Below are positions 1 to 12,651 of a stretch of DNA of 64,000 nt, in pieces. The position numbers and the translations under genes were made by a program. The first letter of the stretch is position 1. Every line of letters starts with the position of its first letter. Location: positions 57,908,001-57,972,000 of the forward strand of contig JAGIQG010000017.1 in the NCBI GenBank assembly GCA_024679065.1, given 5' to 3'. Origin of the DNA: Sphyrna mokarran. Taxonomy: Eukaryota. Under the pieces are notes generated by a model that had not been told where the DNA came from, did no database searches, and saw only the letters and a program-made list of their open reading frames with translations.

Positions 1-734
1 AACACTGGGATACAGGGTTGCAAACTGGAAAGTATTGAAGTAGATAAGGAGGATGTGCTAGATATTCTTGAGGGTTTGAAGTTAGATAAGTCCCCTGGGC
101 TGGACGGGATTTACACTAGGAATTCTCTGGGAGGCGACAGAGGCGATTGCATAGCCTCTGGCTCTGATCTTCAGGTCATCGTTGGTTACGGGTATAGTGC
201 CGGAAGACTGGAGGATAGCGAATGTGGTTCCCATTGTTCAAGAAGAGGAAGAGAGACATTCCGGGGAATTATAGGCCGGTGAGTCTTACTTCTGTTGTAG
301 GCAAAGTATTGGAGAGAAATATTAGGGATAGGATTTATAGTTATTTAGAGAGAAATGAATTGATTGGGGATAGTCAGCACGGCTTTGTGAAGGGTAGGTG
401 GTGCCTTACTAATCCTATTGAGTTTTTTGAAAAAGTGACCTAAGAGGTGGATGGGGGTAAGGCAGTTGATGTGGTATATATGGACTGTAGTAAGGCGTTC
501 GATAAGGTGGCACATGGAAGGCTTCTGCAGAAAATGCAGATGTATGGTATTGAGGGTGATTTAGCTAATTGGATTGGGAATTGGCTAGCAGATAGAAGAC
601 AGAGGGTGGTGCTTGATGGGAGATACTCATCGTGGAGTTTGGTTACTAGTGGTGTACCTCAGGGATTGTTTTGGGGCCCCTGCTGTTTGTAATTTTTATA
701 AATGATTTGGATGAGGGTATTGAAGGATGGATTA

Positions 735-3045
735 CATAGAACATAGAACATAGAACATTACAGCACAGAACAGGCCCTTCGGCCTTCGATGTTGTGCCGA
801 CCAAAATAAAAAGCAATGCCCCTCCAAACTAAACCATTCCCTTCTTTTCCATATACTTATCAATTAAACTCTTAAACGCCACCAAACTTGGCGCATCTAC
901 AACAGCTGCAGGCAGGGCATTCCACTCCCTAATCACTCTTTGAGTAAAGAACCTACCTCTGATATCCGTCCTATAACTCATACCCTTAATTTAAAGCTGT
1001 GTCCCCTCGTGCTAGCTTTCTCCATCCTAGGAAAAAAGCTATCACTGTCCACCCTATCTAAACCTCTAATCATCTTATATGCTTCAATAAGATCCCCTCT
1101 TAGCCGCCTCCTTTCTAACAAAAACAACCTCAAATCCCTTCAACCTCTCTTCATAGGACCTGCCCTCCATACCAGGCAACATCCTGGTAAACCTCCTCTG
1201 TACCCTCTCCAATGCCTCCACATATTTCTTATAATGTGGGGACCAGAACTGCACACAATACTCCAAGTGCGGCCGCACTAGAGTTTTGTACAGTTGCAAC
1301 ATGATGCTGCGGCTCCTAAATTCAATCCCCCTACCAATAAAAGCTAAGACTCCATATGCCTTCTTAACAACTTTATCCACTTGACTGCCTACTTTCAGGA
1401 TCTATTGACACATACACCAAGATCCTTCTGTTCCTCAACACTATTAAGAGCCCTACCATTAGCCCTATACTCTACACATTTATTGTTCCTGCCAAAGTGC
1501 ATTACCTCACACTTCTCCACATTAAACTCCATTTGCCACCTCTCGGCCCAGCTCTGCAACGTGTCCAAGTCCCTCTGCAAACTATAACACCCCTCTTCAC
1601 TATCTACCACTCCACCGACTTTAGTGTCATCTGCAAATTTACTGATCCATCCCTCAATACCCTCATCCAGATCATTTATAAAAATTACAAACAGCAGGGG
1701 CCCCAAAACCGACCCCTGAGGCACACCACTCGTCACCGAACTCCACGATGAATATCTCCCATCAACCACCACCCTCTGTCTTCTATCTGCCAGCCAATTC
1801 CGAATCCAATTAGCTAAATCACCCTCTATTCCACACATCTGCATTTTCTGTAGAATTCTTCCATGGGCCACCTTATCAAAAGCCTTACTAAAGTCCATAT
1901 ATACTACATCAACCGCCTTACCCCCATCCACCTCTCTGGTCACTTTCTCAAAAAACTCAATGAGGTTAGTAAGGCATGACCCACCCTTCACGAAACCATG
2001 CTGACTATCCCCAATCAATTCATTTCTCTCTACATAACTATAAATCCTATCCCTAATAATTCTCTCCAATACCTTGCCCACAACAGAAGTAAGACTCACT
2101 GGCCTATAATTCCCTGGAAGGTCTCTCTTCCTCTTCTTAAACAATGGGACCACATTCGCTATCCTCCAGTCCTCCGGAACCACACCCGTAACCAACGACG
2201 ACCTGAAGATCAGAGCCAGAGGCTCTGCAATCTCCTCTCTTGCCTCCCAGAGAATCCTAGGGTAAATCCCGTCCGGCCCAGGGGACTTATCCAACTTCAA
2301 ACCCTCGAGAATTTCTAACACATCCTCCCTATCTACTACAATACTTCCCAATTTGCAACCCTGTACCTCAGTGTTCTCCATAGCTACATTTCCAGCACTC
2401 TGCGTGAATACCGAAGAGAAATATTTATTCAGTGCCTCACCAATCTCTTCAGGCTCCACGCACAACTTCCCACTGCTGTCTATGACTGGCCCTAATCTTG
2501 CCCTAACCAATCTTCTATTCTTAACATATCGAAAGAAAGCTTTAGGATTCTCCTTAATCCTATCAGCCAACATCTTCTCGTGTCCCCTCTTAGCTCTCCT
2601 CAATTCACTTTTTACCTCCTTCCTGGCTAATCTATAGCTATCCATTGCACTAACTGAGCCTTCAAGCCTCATCCTGACATAAGCCTCCTTTTTCTTCTTA
2701 ACCAGCAAATCAACTTTTTCGTACACCAAGGCTCTCTTACTCGACCATTTCCTCCCTGCCTGACAGGGACATACTTATCAAGGACTCGCAGCAGCTGCTC
2801 CTTGAATAAGCACCACATTCCAGTTGTTCCCAGTCCATGTAGTTTCCTAGTCCAATCTATGCACCCTAATTCTCTCCTGATGGCCTCATAATTACCCTTC
2901 CCCCAGCTGTAACTACTGCCCCCAGCCTCATGCCTATCCCTGTCCATCACTAAGGTGAATGTAACCGAATTGTGGTCACTATCACCAAAATGTTCACTAA
3001 CTTCCAAGCCTAACACGTGGTCTGGCTCATTGCCCAGCACCACTA
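735..3045 (-). mobile_element. 5'-truncated CR1 LINE nested in the previous CR1
   Basis: Minus-strand ORFs 2669-3073, 1395-2729 and 1084-1380 encode EN end and RT; (AGAACAT)n tail at 735-758; GGATTA duplicated at 729-734 and 3046-3051. Confidence 0.93.
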
Positions 3046-3736
3046 GGATTAGTAAATTTGCGGATGATACCAAAGTCGGAGGAGTGGTAGATAGTGAAGG
3101 GGAGTATTATAGTTTGCAGACAGACTTGGACAAGTTGCAGAGCTGGGCCGAGATTTGGCAAATGCAGTTTAATGTGGAAAAGTGTGAGTTAATTCACTTT
3201 GGCAGGGTTAACAAATGTGTAGTGTATAGGGCTCTTAATAGTGTTGATGAACAGAGGGATCTTGGTATATATGTGCATAGGTCCCTGAAAGGTGGCAATC
3301 AAGTCGATAAGGTTGTCAAGAAGGCATATGGAGTCTTAGCTTTTATTGGTAGGGGGATTGAATTTCGGAGCCGCAACGTCATGTTGCAACTGTACAAAAC
3401 TCTAGTGCGGCAGCACTTGGAGTATTGTGTGCAGTTCTGGTCCCGCATTATAAGAAAGATGCGGAGGCATTGGAGAGGGTACAGAGGAGGTTTACCAGGA
3501 TGTTGCCTGGTATGGAGGGCAGGTCTTATGAAGAGAGGCTGAGGGATTTGATGTTGTTTTCGTTCGAAAGAAGGCAGCTAAGAGGAGACCTTATTGAAAC
3601 ATATAAGATGATTAGATGTTTAGATAGGGTGGACAGTGATAGCTTTTTTCCTAGGATGGAGAATGCTAGCACGAGGGGACATAGCTTTAAATTAAGAGGT
3701 GGTGGTTTTAGGACAGATGTCAGAGGTAGGTTCTTT

Positions 3737-3962
3737 AAAGAACAAAGAACAAAGAACAACACAGCACGGGAAACAGGTCCTTCGGCCCAACGAGCCCGCA
3801 CCACCATCCTAACGTCCTAATGACATATAGAGACCAATATAGGAACAATTTGTTACCCAATCAGCCTAAGAGCACATTTTTGGGATGTGGGAGGAAACCA
3901 GAGCACCCGGAGAAAACCCACGCAACCACGGGGAGAACGCGCAAACTCACGCAGACACAGGC
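3737..3962 (-). mobile_element. Short 3' fragment with V-SINE-like domain and (GTTCTTT)n tail
   Basis: Nearly identical to the reverse complement of 54822-55049; interrupts the host CR1 at TTCTTT/CCCAGAGG. Confidence 0.8.
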
Positions 3963-4948
3963 CCAGAGGATGGTAAGGGTATGGAATGCCTTGCCTGCGT
4001 CAGTTGTAGATGCGCCAAGTTTGGTGGCGTTTAAGAGGTTAGTAGATAAGTTTATGGATGGAAGGGGAATGGATTAGGTTAGAGGGTCACTGCTTATTCC
4101 TAATTGGTCGGCGCAACATCGAAGGCCGAAGGGCCTGTACTGCGTTGTAATGTTCTATGTTCTATGGTCTATGTTCAAGTCCTGGCAACAAACCCTAATT
4201 ACAAGGCTGATTATCTTTGTCTGCTACATAAAATATTTTCGTTGCATATGAGTATTCATGACTACATTGTTAGGTGGAGCTAAAATACAGATCGAACTGA
4301 CTGGCAAAATGGGCCCAAGGGATGAATGGTCTCCTCCTGCTCTTCTGTAGTTTGTTATGTTTAATAAGAGCAGATAATCAGGATGGGGCTTCCTTTTTTG
4401 AAAATGTTGTCAAGGATTTGCTTATGTTTTCGAATCTTCAGCAGGCCTTTATTGCTGAGTTTGTCTGTAAAGGAATGAGTACTTGTCGAATTTTACTTTT
4501 CTGTTACCACGTTGGAGAAAGTAAATATGGAATCTGTGGTCTTATTTTGGTGGGGTTAGTTGTGGGATGAGGGGCATTGGGGCAGGGAGTGGTGGGGGAG
4601 GTGGGTGCCATATTTTTATTACCTTTCTCTGAAAACAATAATCTTATTTCACTGGAACTGTTATTCAAAAATGCTGTCCTCTTAATCTGAGTGTCTTCAC
4701 TGGCAGGAAAATCAACTAAATTCACCCGGTCCTATGCATCATAGTAACCTGCGTCAGAGATCACAGTCTATTTTCATGCTTATTCAATTTGGAAGGCTAT
4801 TATCGACCTATTCTCCAAAGAGCATTTAGATTAATGATTTTGGAATATTGAGAGGCATAAGACAATTAAAGCAGAAGACAATAAAATTGCTTAAATCAAT
4901 ATTGGCGGCGCATTTGACACAGAAAGATGCATTTATCAACAAAGTAAT

Positions 4949-5262
4949 TATAGAACATTACAGCGCAGAACGGGCCCTTCGGCCTTCGATGTTGCGCCGA
5001 CCAATTATGAAAAAAGCAAACTACACCATTCCCTTCTCTTCCATAAACTTATCAACTAACCTCTTAAACGCCACCAAACTTGGCGCATCTACAACTGCCG
5101 CAGGCAGGGCATTCCACTCCTAACCACCCTCTGGGTAAAGAACCTACCTCTGATATCCGTCCTATAACTATCACCCCTTAATTTAAAGCTGTGTCCCCTC
5201 GTGCTAGCTTTCTCCATCCTAGGAAAAAGGCTATCACTGTCCACCATATCTAAACCTCTAAT
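4949..5262 (-). mobile_element. CR1 3' fragment
   Basis: Matches the 3' end and tail of the other CR1 copies. Confidence 0.85.
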
Positions 5263-5689
5263 TATGGTTTTAATTAAGTGATAAATCTTAATACCATGGT
5301 GATAAACCTCACTGTACCAGAAACTTCACAATTATGGAATATGATGTTTAATTTTTACAGGTTTTAAATTCTTCTTACAAATATTAAGAAATTTTATTTA
5401 AATTTATTTTTTCAATAATTTCCATTTCTCTCTCGCTCCCCCTTCCTTCCTCCCTTGCGCTCTTTCTTTCTTTCCTTCTTCCGCCTTCCATGGTATAATA
5501 TTTGTTTCCCTGTTATCATGACTTCTGTAGTCGATTTTACTGATAGTAATGGTGTTTCTCAGTCGTAATCTTTTACTTTATTTTCTTCTGACATCAATGA
5601 GGATGAGAGCGAAAGGGTCGTGAGCTTCAAGTTTTTTTGGCCACCAATAACTTGTCCTTGTTCCCCCAAACCGACATTAAAATTAAGAA

Positions 5690-5950
5690 ACTCAGCAATG
5701 TTTCTATTTTCTCAGAAGAGGAAGGAAATTGGGCATGACAGCTACGACTCTCACCGATTTTTACAGATGCACCATCGAAATAATTCTTTCTGGTTGCATC
5801 ACTGCTTGGTATGGTTCCTATTCTGTCCAAAAGCACAAGGAGCCTCAAAAGGTCATGTATCAGCTCAATTCACCATGTAAATCAGCCCTCCATCTATTCA
5901 CTCTGTCTAGATTACCAGCTACCTTGGGAAAGCAACCAGCATAGTTAACA
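5690..5950 (+). mobile_element. Rex1/Babar-like LINE fragment
   Basis: Peptide LTDFYRCTIEIILSGCITAWYG resembles the Rex-Babar RT C-terminus (recognised from memory). Confidence 0.65.
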
Positions 5951-7591
5951 ATCAAATAAAATTAAACCAATCCGTATATTGGTCTTTGGGAAATAAAGCT
6001 GAGTTACTAGAATCAGATTAGTGATTCAGTTGACCCACGACAATGAAGGATTACACAAAATGATGTTTAGAAAGTTGTGGGGGGTGATCTTTCTTTTTTT
6101 TAGTGGAACTGAAAGGGTAGGAGATGTTTAAAAAAAGTACTACAGACTGGTACTCTATCACTGCGGGACATAATTTTAAAAAAATGCCAGATCTTTCAGG
6201 AATGAAATTGAAAACAGTTCTGTAGACAACAGGTTTATTAAATTCTATCTTAAGAAAATGACAAGTCATCCCTTATTTATTGACAACCTTTAAATTCCTG
6301 TTCGATTGTACTTTCTGCTAACAGAAATAGTTAGGTTGCTGGGGAGAAGGTGTGCGTTTGAATTGGAGAATACATCGGCCAATGTCTATTGAATGCTGGA
6401 AGTGATTGGAAAGTGTAAATGTTTTGATCCAGTTCCCGTGTTCTTGTGATTCTATATTCGTAAAATCTGATTTGAGTTTATTCACGGCGTCAGTAATCAA
6501 CAGCCCTTCAGACATATCTCCCCAAATTCGTACAATTGTGAGTTAGGTTACTTCCTAATATGCTTAAATATATACTTATTAACCGTACGACGGGTCAAAT
6601 CGTTTCGTTTAGAGCATTTCTCTTCATACACAGGGTGCAGGTTTTGCTTGCTCGACCACTTTTGCTGCCTACCAATAATTGCCCTTGTTAATATGCTGTG
6701 AAATCGCCTTCTTGAACCGCTGTAGTTCATGTGGTATGTATATCAGTGGTGCATTTAGGCAGTGAATTCCATATATTTGAATCAGTGACACCTTACGTAT
6801 GCTCCCTTTGGTTACAGATACTTTAGCCAATGGGTATTGTATTTATTCTGCACCCAAAACCTTAATTACTCCGAGACCATAGTCAAAACATCTCTTAACA
6901 TATTCTGCTCTAAGGCAATTAATTCCACTGTGGAAATCATTTGTAATTTGTCAATGGCACTCCCGAAAGATCTGCCTCTGATTTTTAGATGGTGCCCATA
7001 TGATTGAATACCCAGCGTTATTAGTTTCCCTCAAATCCCCATAATATTTCGATATCACCCTTTATCCGTTTAAATTCCATTGAATAAAATACCATTGTAT
7101 AATCTTCCCCGTAATAATATTTGAGCTTTGTAACTATTCGACTTAATCTGATTGCGTAACATATGCAAAGCTTTGAGATTCTTCCCAATCAGCAACACCC
7201 ACAATAAGATACATTACTCCAGGTGAGACTGGTGATTTATGAATTTTAAATACCAGTTTCCTGCTCAACCTCTGCTTTATAAATGAATGTGCTTTCCATA
7301 ACATTAAGTCTTCATTGTGATGTTCCTTATTTATGATCGATTTCTGTTGCTAGCTCATGTCTACCGTCAAGAACCGTGATATTGATACGGGAATATTAGG
7401 AGTAGGATAGAGCACCCTCCCTCTATTATTCAAGGCGTTTGTCACATGCTGGTTGCGACAAATTTATTTTTTCCAGGGAATATTGGATATTCTATATGCA
7501 CTGTGTAACAGAAATTGATGGAATATCAACACGCACATGATAAAGTCTGTGCTGATATATCAGACACTAGGTTCAGCTAGTGTGTGTGTAT

Positions 7592-7768
7592 NNNNNNNNN
7601 NNNNNNNNNNNNNNNNNNNNNNNNNNNNNNNNNNNNNNNNNNNNNNNNNNNNNNNNNNNNNNNNNNNNNNNNNNNNNNNNNNNNNNNNNNNNNNNNNNNN
7701 NNNNNNNNNNNNNNNNNNNNNNNNNNNNNNNNNNNNNNNNNNNNNNNNNNNNNNNNNNNNNNNNNNNN
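7592..7768. other. Assembly gap
   Basis: N run flanked by TG/CA dinucleotides. Confidence 1.
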
Positions 7769-7869
7769 ACACAGAAACACAATAATTTTAAATTTCAATT
7801 TGACATTATTTTATCAGTCTTCATTCAATAACTTTCTCTAATAAAGCAATTCAACGCTATATAACTTAC

Positions 7870-7921
7870 CAAAAACAACGAGTCTTGTACCAGAACCAAA
7901 TGTATAATCATAGCTTCCTGA
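7870..7921 (-). CDS. TRBJ: TCR beta J segment SGSYDYTFGSGTRLVVF
   Basis: FGxG motif; GTAAGT donor; RSS CACAATG (7922-7928), 12 bp, AATAAAACT (7941-7949). Confidence 0.92.
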
Positions 7922-8763
7922 CACAATGTTATAACATTGTAATAAAACTGGAATTCTTTGAGCTCCCTACACCTTAGTTAATGAACACAAATGTTAATAT
8001 TCTGTTGTATTCCACCATGCTGTTTCTTTGGTAATATTGCTTTCACATCCTATTGCATTCTTTCCTGCAGCCATATCTCTAAAATTCACCATCCTGTTCC
8101 GGTTTTATCTATTAATTACTATCAATCTGGAGAATTAAAACCGAGAGGAGATTTTAATTAAAAATATCCGATTTTGAATGGGGCTTTTCAAGGGAAACGC
8201 TTAGTGAAATTTTCTCCTCGTGGGAATCAAAAATTCTGGCCCAGTAGCTTCAGAAGAAATGGTTACCCATTTGGAAGGGAGATGAGAAGGACTTTTATTT
8301 TTCTTCCTTGTAGATTCGCATATCTTCTAAATCTCTACCTCAGAGAGCTGGGAAGCCTGAACCATTGATTAGGTTCAAGAGAGTTACGCAGACATTGGAT
8401 TTAGCTGGTGCTGGGGAACAGAGAGTTAAGTGGAATTCATCAAACATGATACTCCTCAATGGCCGAACAAGCTAGGCTTTCAGAATGTCCTCCCCTTTCT
8501 CTAGTTTATTATATTTTTACAGTATTTCTCAATTAATGGATCTCATTTCCTCTCTCACTCGCCCTTCAACACCACTTATTTTCCTTTACATTCAGTTAGT
8601 TGCTCAGTTGTTAATTCTTTCATACAATTCTTTCAAATGTCTTCACACATTTCATATTCGCTGCCTTTCGTTAAACCTACCAGAGCACGTTTATGAGGTG
8701 TTTCAATTCTCATTGCGATAAATGACGAAGTGCTAAATGATACATTTTGATCTGTTCACTTAC

Positions 8764-8818
8764 CTAAGACAGTTAGTCTGGTTCCATCTCCAAAATACAG
8801 GGTTTGATTACTAGTGTA
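8764..8818 (-). CDS. TRBJ: TCR beta J segment YTSNQTLYFGDGTRLTVL
   Basis: FGDG; GTAAGT donor; RSS CACATCA (8819-8825), 12 bp, ACAAGAACA (8838-8846). Confidence 0.9.
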
Positions 8819-9091
8819 CACATCATCATGCCGCTTCACAAGAACATTGTACACACATTACTCCACAAAACCTACTGTCCCAAAGATTGATATTTGATTG
8901 TGGTCTTCACTTGGCACGGGATAACCATAAGTTAATGCAAACTTATGAACTGACGAGGCGGCATCTAATTGAAATTAAGTATGTTCTCAATACAGCAGTC
9001 CTAATAGTGTTGCAAACTTTCCTCATTTCTGTTATTGAAATGCTCAAAGCACACAACTCTCCTTCAATAAAAAATATAAAATCGAACTCAC

Positions 9092-9145
9092 CCAAAATCG
9101 TTAACTTCGTTCCTTCCCCAAAGTGCAGAGGGTTACTCCCGCCTG
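9092..9145 (-). CDS. TRBJ: TCR beta J segment GGSNPLHFGEGTKLTIL
   Basis: FGEG; GTGAGT donor; RSS CACTGTA (9146-9152), 12 bp, ACTAAAACA (9165-9173). Confidence 0.92.
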
Positions 9146-9248
9146 CACTGTACCAAACAACAGCACTAAAACACATCAGTGATGGTCAGATTATAGAGGC
9201 ATGTAGATAAATAACTAGGTGCGCAAAACAATGTAAACACACTCTTAC

Positions 9249-9298
9249 CTAAAACAGTTAATTTTGTCCCAGCTCCAAAATAGTACGTGCTACCAGAG
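9249..9298 (-). CDS. TRBJ: TCR beta J segment SGSTYYFGAGTKLTVL
   Basis: FGAG; GTAAGA donor; RSS CACAGAG (9299-9305), 12 bp, TCTAAATCA (9318-9326). Confidence 0.92.
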
Positions 9299-10493
9299 CA
9301 CAGAGGTTAATGCCTGTTCTAAATCATTCAATGATTTATCCCCCAAGGGCATTAGACATAAGAATGGAAAACAGAGGAATATCGATCCAAAGGAAAATGA
9401 AAACATAAAAATACGAAAAAAGAATAATGGATTGTGGCCTGGTATAAACAGTATGAAGCCATAAACATGACTGAACTTGTTCTGATATTTAATTAGTTCA
9501 TGGCTTATACAGGAATCAATAAATCAGGCATTTGAAATTTTCAAGGGAGAATCCGCCTTTCTCATATCCACCCTTAATCTTCATCCTGCCAGTCTTAACA
9601 ACGTCCTGGGGGAGACATTTTAAGAATTCTCTGGACTTTATGTAAACAAAATCATTTTTGACATCGCTCATGCACCATCTGTCTCTATGTGGAGGGGTTC
9701 AGCCCCACTTGCCACATCATTGCCAATAGGTTGATGTGAGTTAGACACCAGAACCATCTGATACACGACGCAAATAAATTTTGAACACCTCTTGACTATT
9801 AAATAACTGCAAACTTGATAAAGCGCAAACAGAGTTTATGCGCTCTCTCTGAAAAAAAATAACTCCTTGATTTCTGGTATTAAAGGCTCAACGTGAAATT
9901 TTTATTCCACCAATTGTGCACTTATAAAATATTTCGACAGCAGATTGAATTTGATTAGCAATTTTAAAATACCTGGGATCTGGAATGCATGAATTCAGTA
10001 TTTTATCTGTGTGGAATAACGTTACATTTCCACCAGATTTGATTGCATTCTCCTTCATGTCTTCGTGCAGCCTTGCTTTCGAAAACACCTTAGCCTTGTG
10101 GCAGAGAATTGTCACCACTCTCTGGAGAAAGATGTTAATCCCAAATTCATGACTGGATTTATTAGTGATATTCTGCTTCTGATTTCTTCTTCCTTACTTC
10201 TGATCCAGCCGAGAGGAAGATTGTCTCTAAATCTAACTTCTGGAAGCACTATCCATAATCCCAATCTTCATCAGATCACCCCTCAGCTGCAGCTGTTTCA
10301 ATCTCTCCTGACAATTATAACCATCCAGTATAACTACCGTCCTTGTTAATTTATTAATCATATCTAATGCATGTAATATATTCTTTATACTGCACATTTA
10401 GAACAGAATAGTGAAAAAATTGAGCCTGATATTTGAGTCTGGTCGATGTGTGCTCTCTTTAGTGTTCGGCAATCATTGACCAAATCGTTTTGT

Positions 10494-10619
10494 TTGATCT
10501 ATATTGCTGCTTGTTCTGTTTATTTGAGAGATTCATAGAACATAGAACATAGAACATAGAACATGTTCTATGTTCTATGAATCTCTCAAATAAACAGAAC
10601 AAGCAGCAATATAGATCAA
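10494..10619. repeat. Inverted repeat with 57-bp perfect arms
   Basis: 10494-10550 is the reverse complement of 10563-10619; the centre is made of CR1 tail units AGAACAT/ATGTTCT. Confidence 0.95.
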
Positions 10620-10826
10620 CCTGATATTGAATATAGATTCTACCTGATATTGACGCTATACCTAATTTTACACAGTGAAACGAATTCAAAAGCATCCAGT
10701 CTGCCATAGTAAAGTATAAAGTTGAAATTAATTCACCAAATTCCGAATTTTTTCACTCCCTCCAACACCCACATGGATTCCCAAATTGACCCAACTTTCA
10801 GCAGTGTTAGAACTGTATTCACTTAC

Positions 10827-10875
10827 CTAAAACAACTAGTTTTGTCCCACTTCCGAAATGAGCTTCATAATTGAC
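10827..10875 (-). CDS. TRBJ: TCR beta J segment VNYEAHFGSGTKLVVL
   Basis: FGSG; GTAAGT donor; RSS CACAGAG (10876-10882), 12 bp, AGCAAAATC. Confidence 0.92.
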
Positions 10876-11425
10876 CACAGAGGTATACGGCTGTAGCAAA
10901 ATCACCTTCCTGTCTGGGTTATGAGCTCAGTTTTACTGGAACTTAATAATCATTAAGAAACATAGGAATACCGGTCTACGAAGCTGCCATTTCAGCCTTT
11001 CATATCATTAATGTGTCTTAACTCCAATCATCCAGTTTAGTCACCTGAGATATCATTGCTTTCCTCCACCTATCTATTGGGAGTTTACAATTATAAAACC
11101 CTCAACAAGTTTTTGCGGAGTCATTTCCTGATCCCCACTACCTCTTGAGATAATGGGAGCTTTCTGACAATCAAAAGTGAATGGTTTGGTTCTCACTTAA
11201 AATATTCTGGGCTGCTCACGTCTTTTCCCTCAATCTCCTCTACCAATTCGTTTAGTCATCTCAAACGCCTAGATTATATAAACACTTCATGCTCTCTAAT
11301 GATGGGATTGAGAATCCATCCCACGTAACCAGTGCTCAGCTTCATATATCCAAAATCTGAACAGAGGCAACGCCTTTTTTTAATGCATCTAGACATATAT
11401 ATATTCAAGAGGTAGAAAACCTTAC

Positions 11426-11468
11426 CCAAAACTGTTAACTTTGTCCCGTCGCCGAAGTAAACTACATT
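11426..11468 (-). CDS. TRBJ: TCR beta J segment NVVYFGDGTKLTVL
   Basis: FGDG; GTAAGG donor; heptamer CACTGCA (11469-11475) with a weak nonamer near 11487-11496. Confidence 0.88.
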
Positions 11469-11663
11469 CACTGCACCTTGCTTAATTGTAAATCATGAAC
11501 AGTTCCCTGAACTGTCCCTTCCCTCCCGAGAGAGTTTGTTCCATTTAGAGACAAACTCACCATGCAGGTGGATATGATTCCAGATGCATGATTTGCAAAA
11601 TTGGGCATCTTATTCGTTACTGCTCGGAAGGTTAACGATAATTAAGAAAGACAATCGACTTAC

Positions 11664-11711
11664 CCAGAACTGTTAATTTCGTTCCTTGCCCAAAATAAAT
11701 CACATCTGTCA
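11664..11711 (-). CDS. TRBJ: TCR beta J segment TDVIYFGQGTKLTVL
   Basis: FGQG; GTAAGT donor; RSS CACGGTG (11712-11718), 12 bp, CTCAAAATG. Confidence 0.92.
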
Positions 11712-12168
11712 CACGGTGATACCCTATTCTCTCAAAATGGTATTGCTTTCTATTCTGCCCATCCGCAATCTGCATCATTGCAAGGAATCCATTCGAGCCT
11801 ACATGAGTTCATGTTGATGTATGAACACTGTACTGCCCTATATATTTTAGTTTTAATCTGTGGATTTTACCTTGTCCTGCAATCTGATCTCTATGGACAA
11901 ATTTACATCTATTAATTCTACTGCATCCTTGACAGGAGCAATTAGCAATTAGTTACTGTATTCAGAGTATGTCCGCTTTGCCATTTCTGTTTGAACCAAT
12001 GGGTGCAACCAAGTATATTGATTTTGCTTAGAGAGATATATTGTTGCTGGAGAACGGAACAGTTTTCATCTCTTTTTAAATAAGGGGGGGATAACTGCAT
12101 TTCGTCCCTGGGAGCCTGGAATGGAGACCGCCATGCATTCAGAGAGAGAAATAAGTCAAATTTCCTAC

Positions 12169-12215
12169 CTAACTCCGTCAGTTTTGTGCTTTCCCGAAAT
12201 AGGTCGTTGTTATAG
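12169..12215 (-). pseudogene. Pseudo J-beta segment
   Basis: TAT TTC GGG AAA GC ACA AAA CTG ACG GAG TTA G|GTAGGA reads YFGK(G)TKLTEL with a 1-nt deletion; no CAC heptamer found. Confidence 0.7.
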
Positions 12216-12599
12216 CAAATCAGCAGGTAGATTTATATCGAAATGACCTGTGAGGTAATAGTGCAACGCTGATCAACGCACGAGGAACCCAATAAGGATT
12301 TTGAAGCCAATTAAATATATTTTAGAAAGTGATATAAATCATATTAACCAGCAGTGATGCATTTGATCAGGTCATTTGTACATAAGTTGAGCGATTACTG
12401 CTGACCAGGACGAGGTCTGAGGAAGAATATTTTCAATTTCCACAAATGACACAAAACGATTAATTTTCTATAAACGTGTTCTGGGCAGACAATTGGGAAG
12501 CCCCTTTATGTTGCTCCTACTATTATCACCCTGAATGTCGACACTCTCACTCCACTGTCACTGATCTTCTGCTGATCTGCCAATAGGTGTGTACATCGA

Positions 12600-12638
12600 G
12601 GTTTTTGAACGGAGACTGCATTACATTTTATCACTGTG
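12600..12638 (-). other. 3' 23-RSS of D-beta
   Basis: Minus strand CACAGTG, 23 bp, TCAAAAACC. Confidence 0.93.
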
Positions 12639-12651
12639 TCCCACCTGTTCC
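12639..12651 (-). CDS. TRBD: TCR beta D segment GGAACAGGTGGGA
   Basis: 13-nt G-rich core flanked by a 5' 12-RSS and a 3' 23-RSS; open in all three frames (GTGG, EQVG, NRW); lies just upstream of the J cluster. Confidence 0.92.

Larger units (their letters stand above)
1..4175 (+). mobile_element. Degenerate CR1 LINE (ORF2 RT half and 3' tail), interrupted by two nested insertions
   Basis: RT motifs PGNYRPVSLTS, QHGF, GVPQG and KFADDTK across 55-692 and 3046-3720, with stops and frameshifts; (ATGTTCT)-type tail near 4150-4175. Confidence 0.92.

Noticed and set aside
735-760. (AGAACAT)n arrays as CRISPR-like or telomeric repeats
   Set aside because: They are CR1 3' terminal repeats with no spacers, in eukaryotic DNA.
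940-2637. Recurring antisense ORFs within CR1 copies
   Set aside because: Shadow frames of ORF2 that recur only because the element is repeated.
7467-7505. CACTGTG as the 23-RSS of a second D
   Set aside because: Nonamer is poor and there is no partner 12-RSS.
5270-7860. TCR beta constant exon
   Set aside because: No C1-set Cys/Trp pattern found on the minus strand; C probably lies before position 1.
10671-10698. CACAGTG heptamer in the J cluster
   Set aside because: No acceptable nonamer at 12 or 23 bp and no FGxG coding flank.
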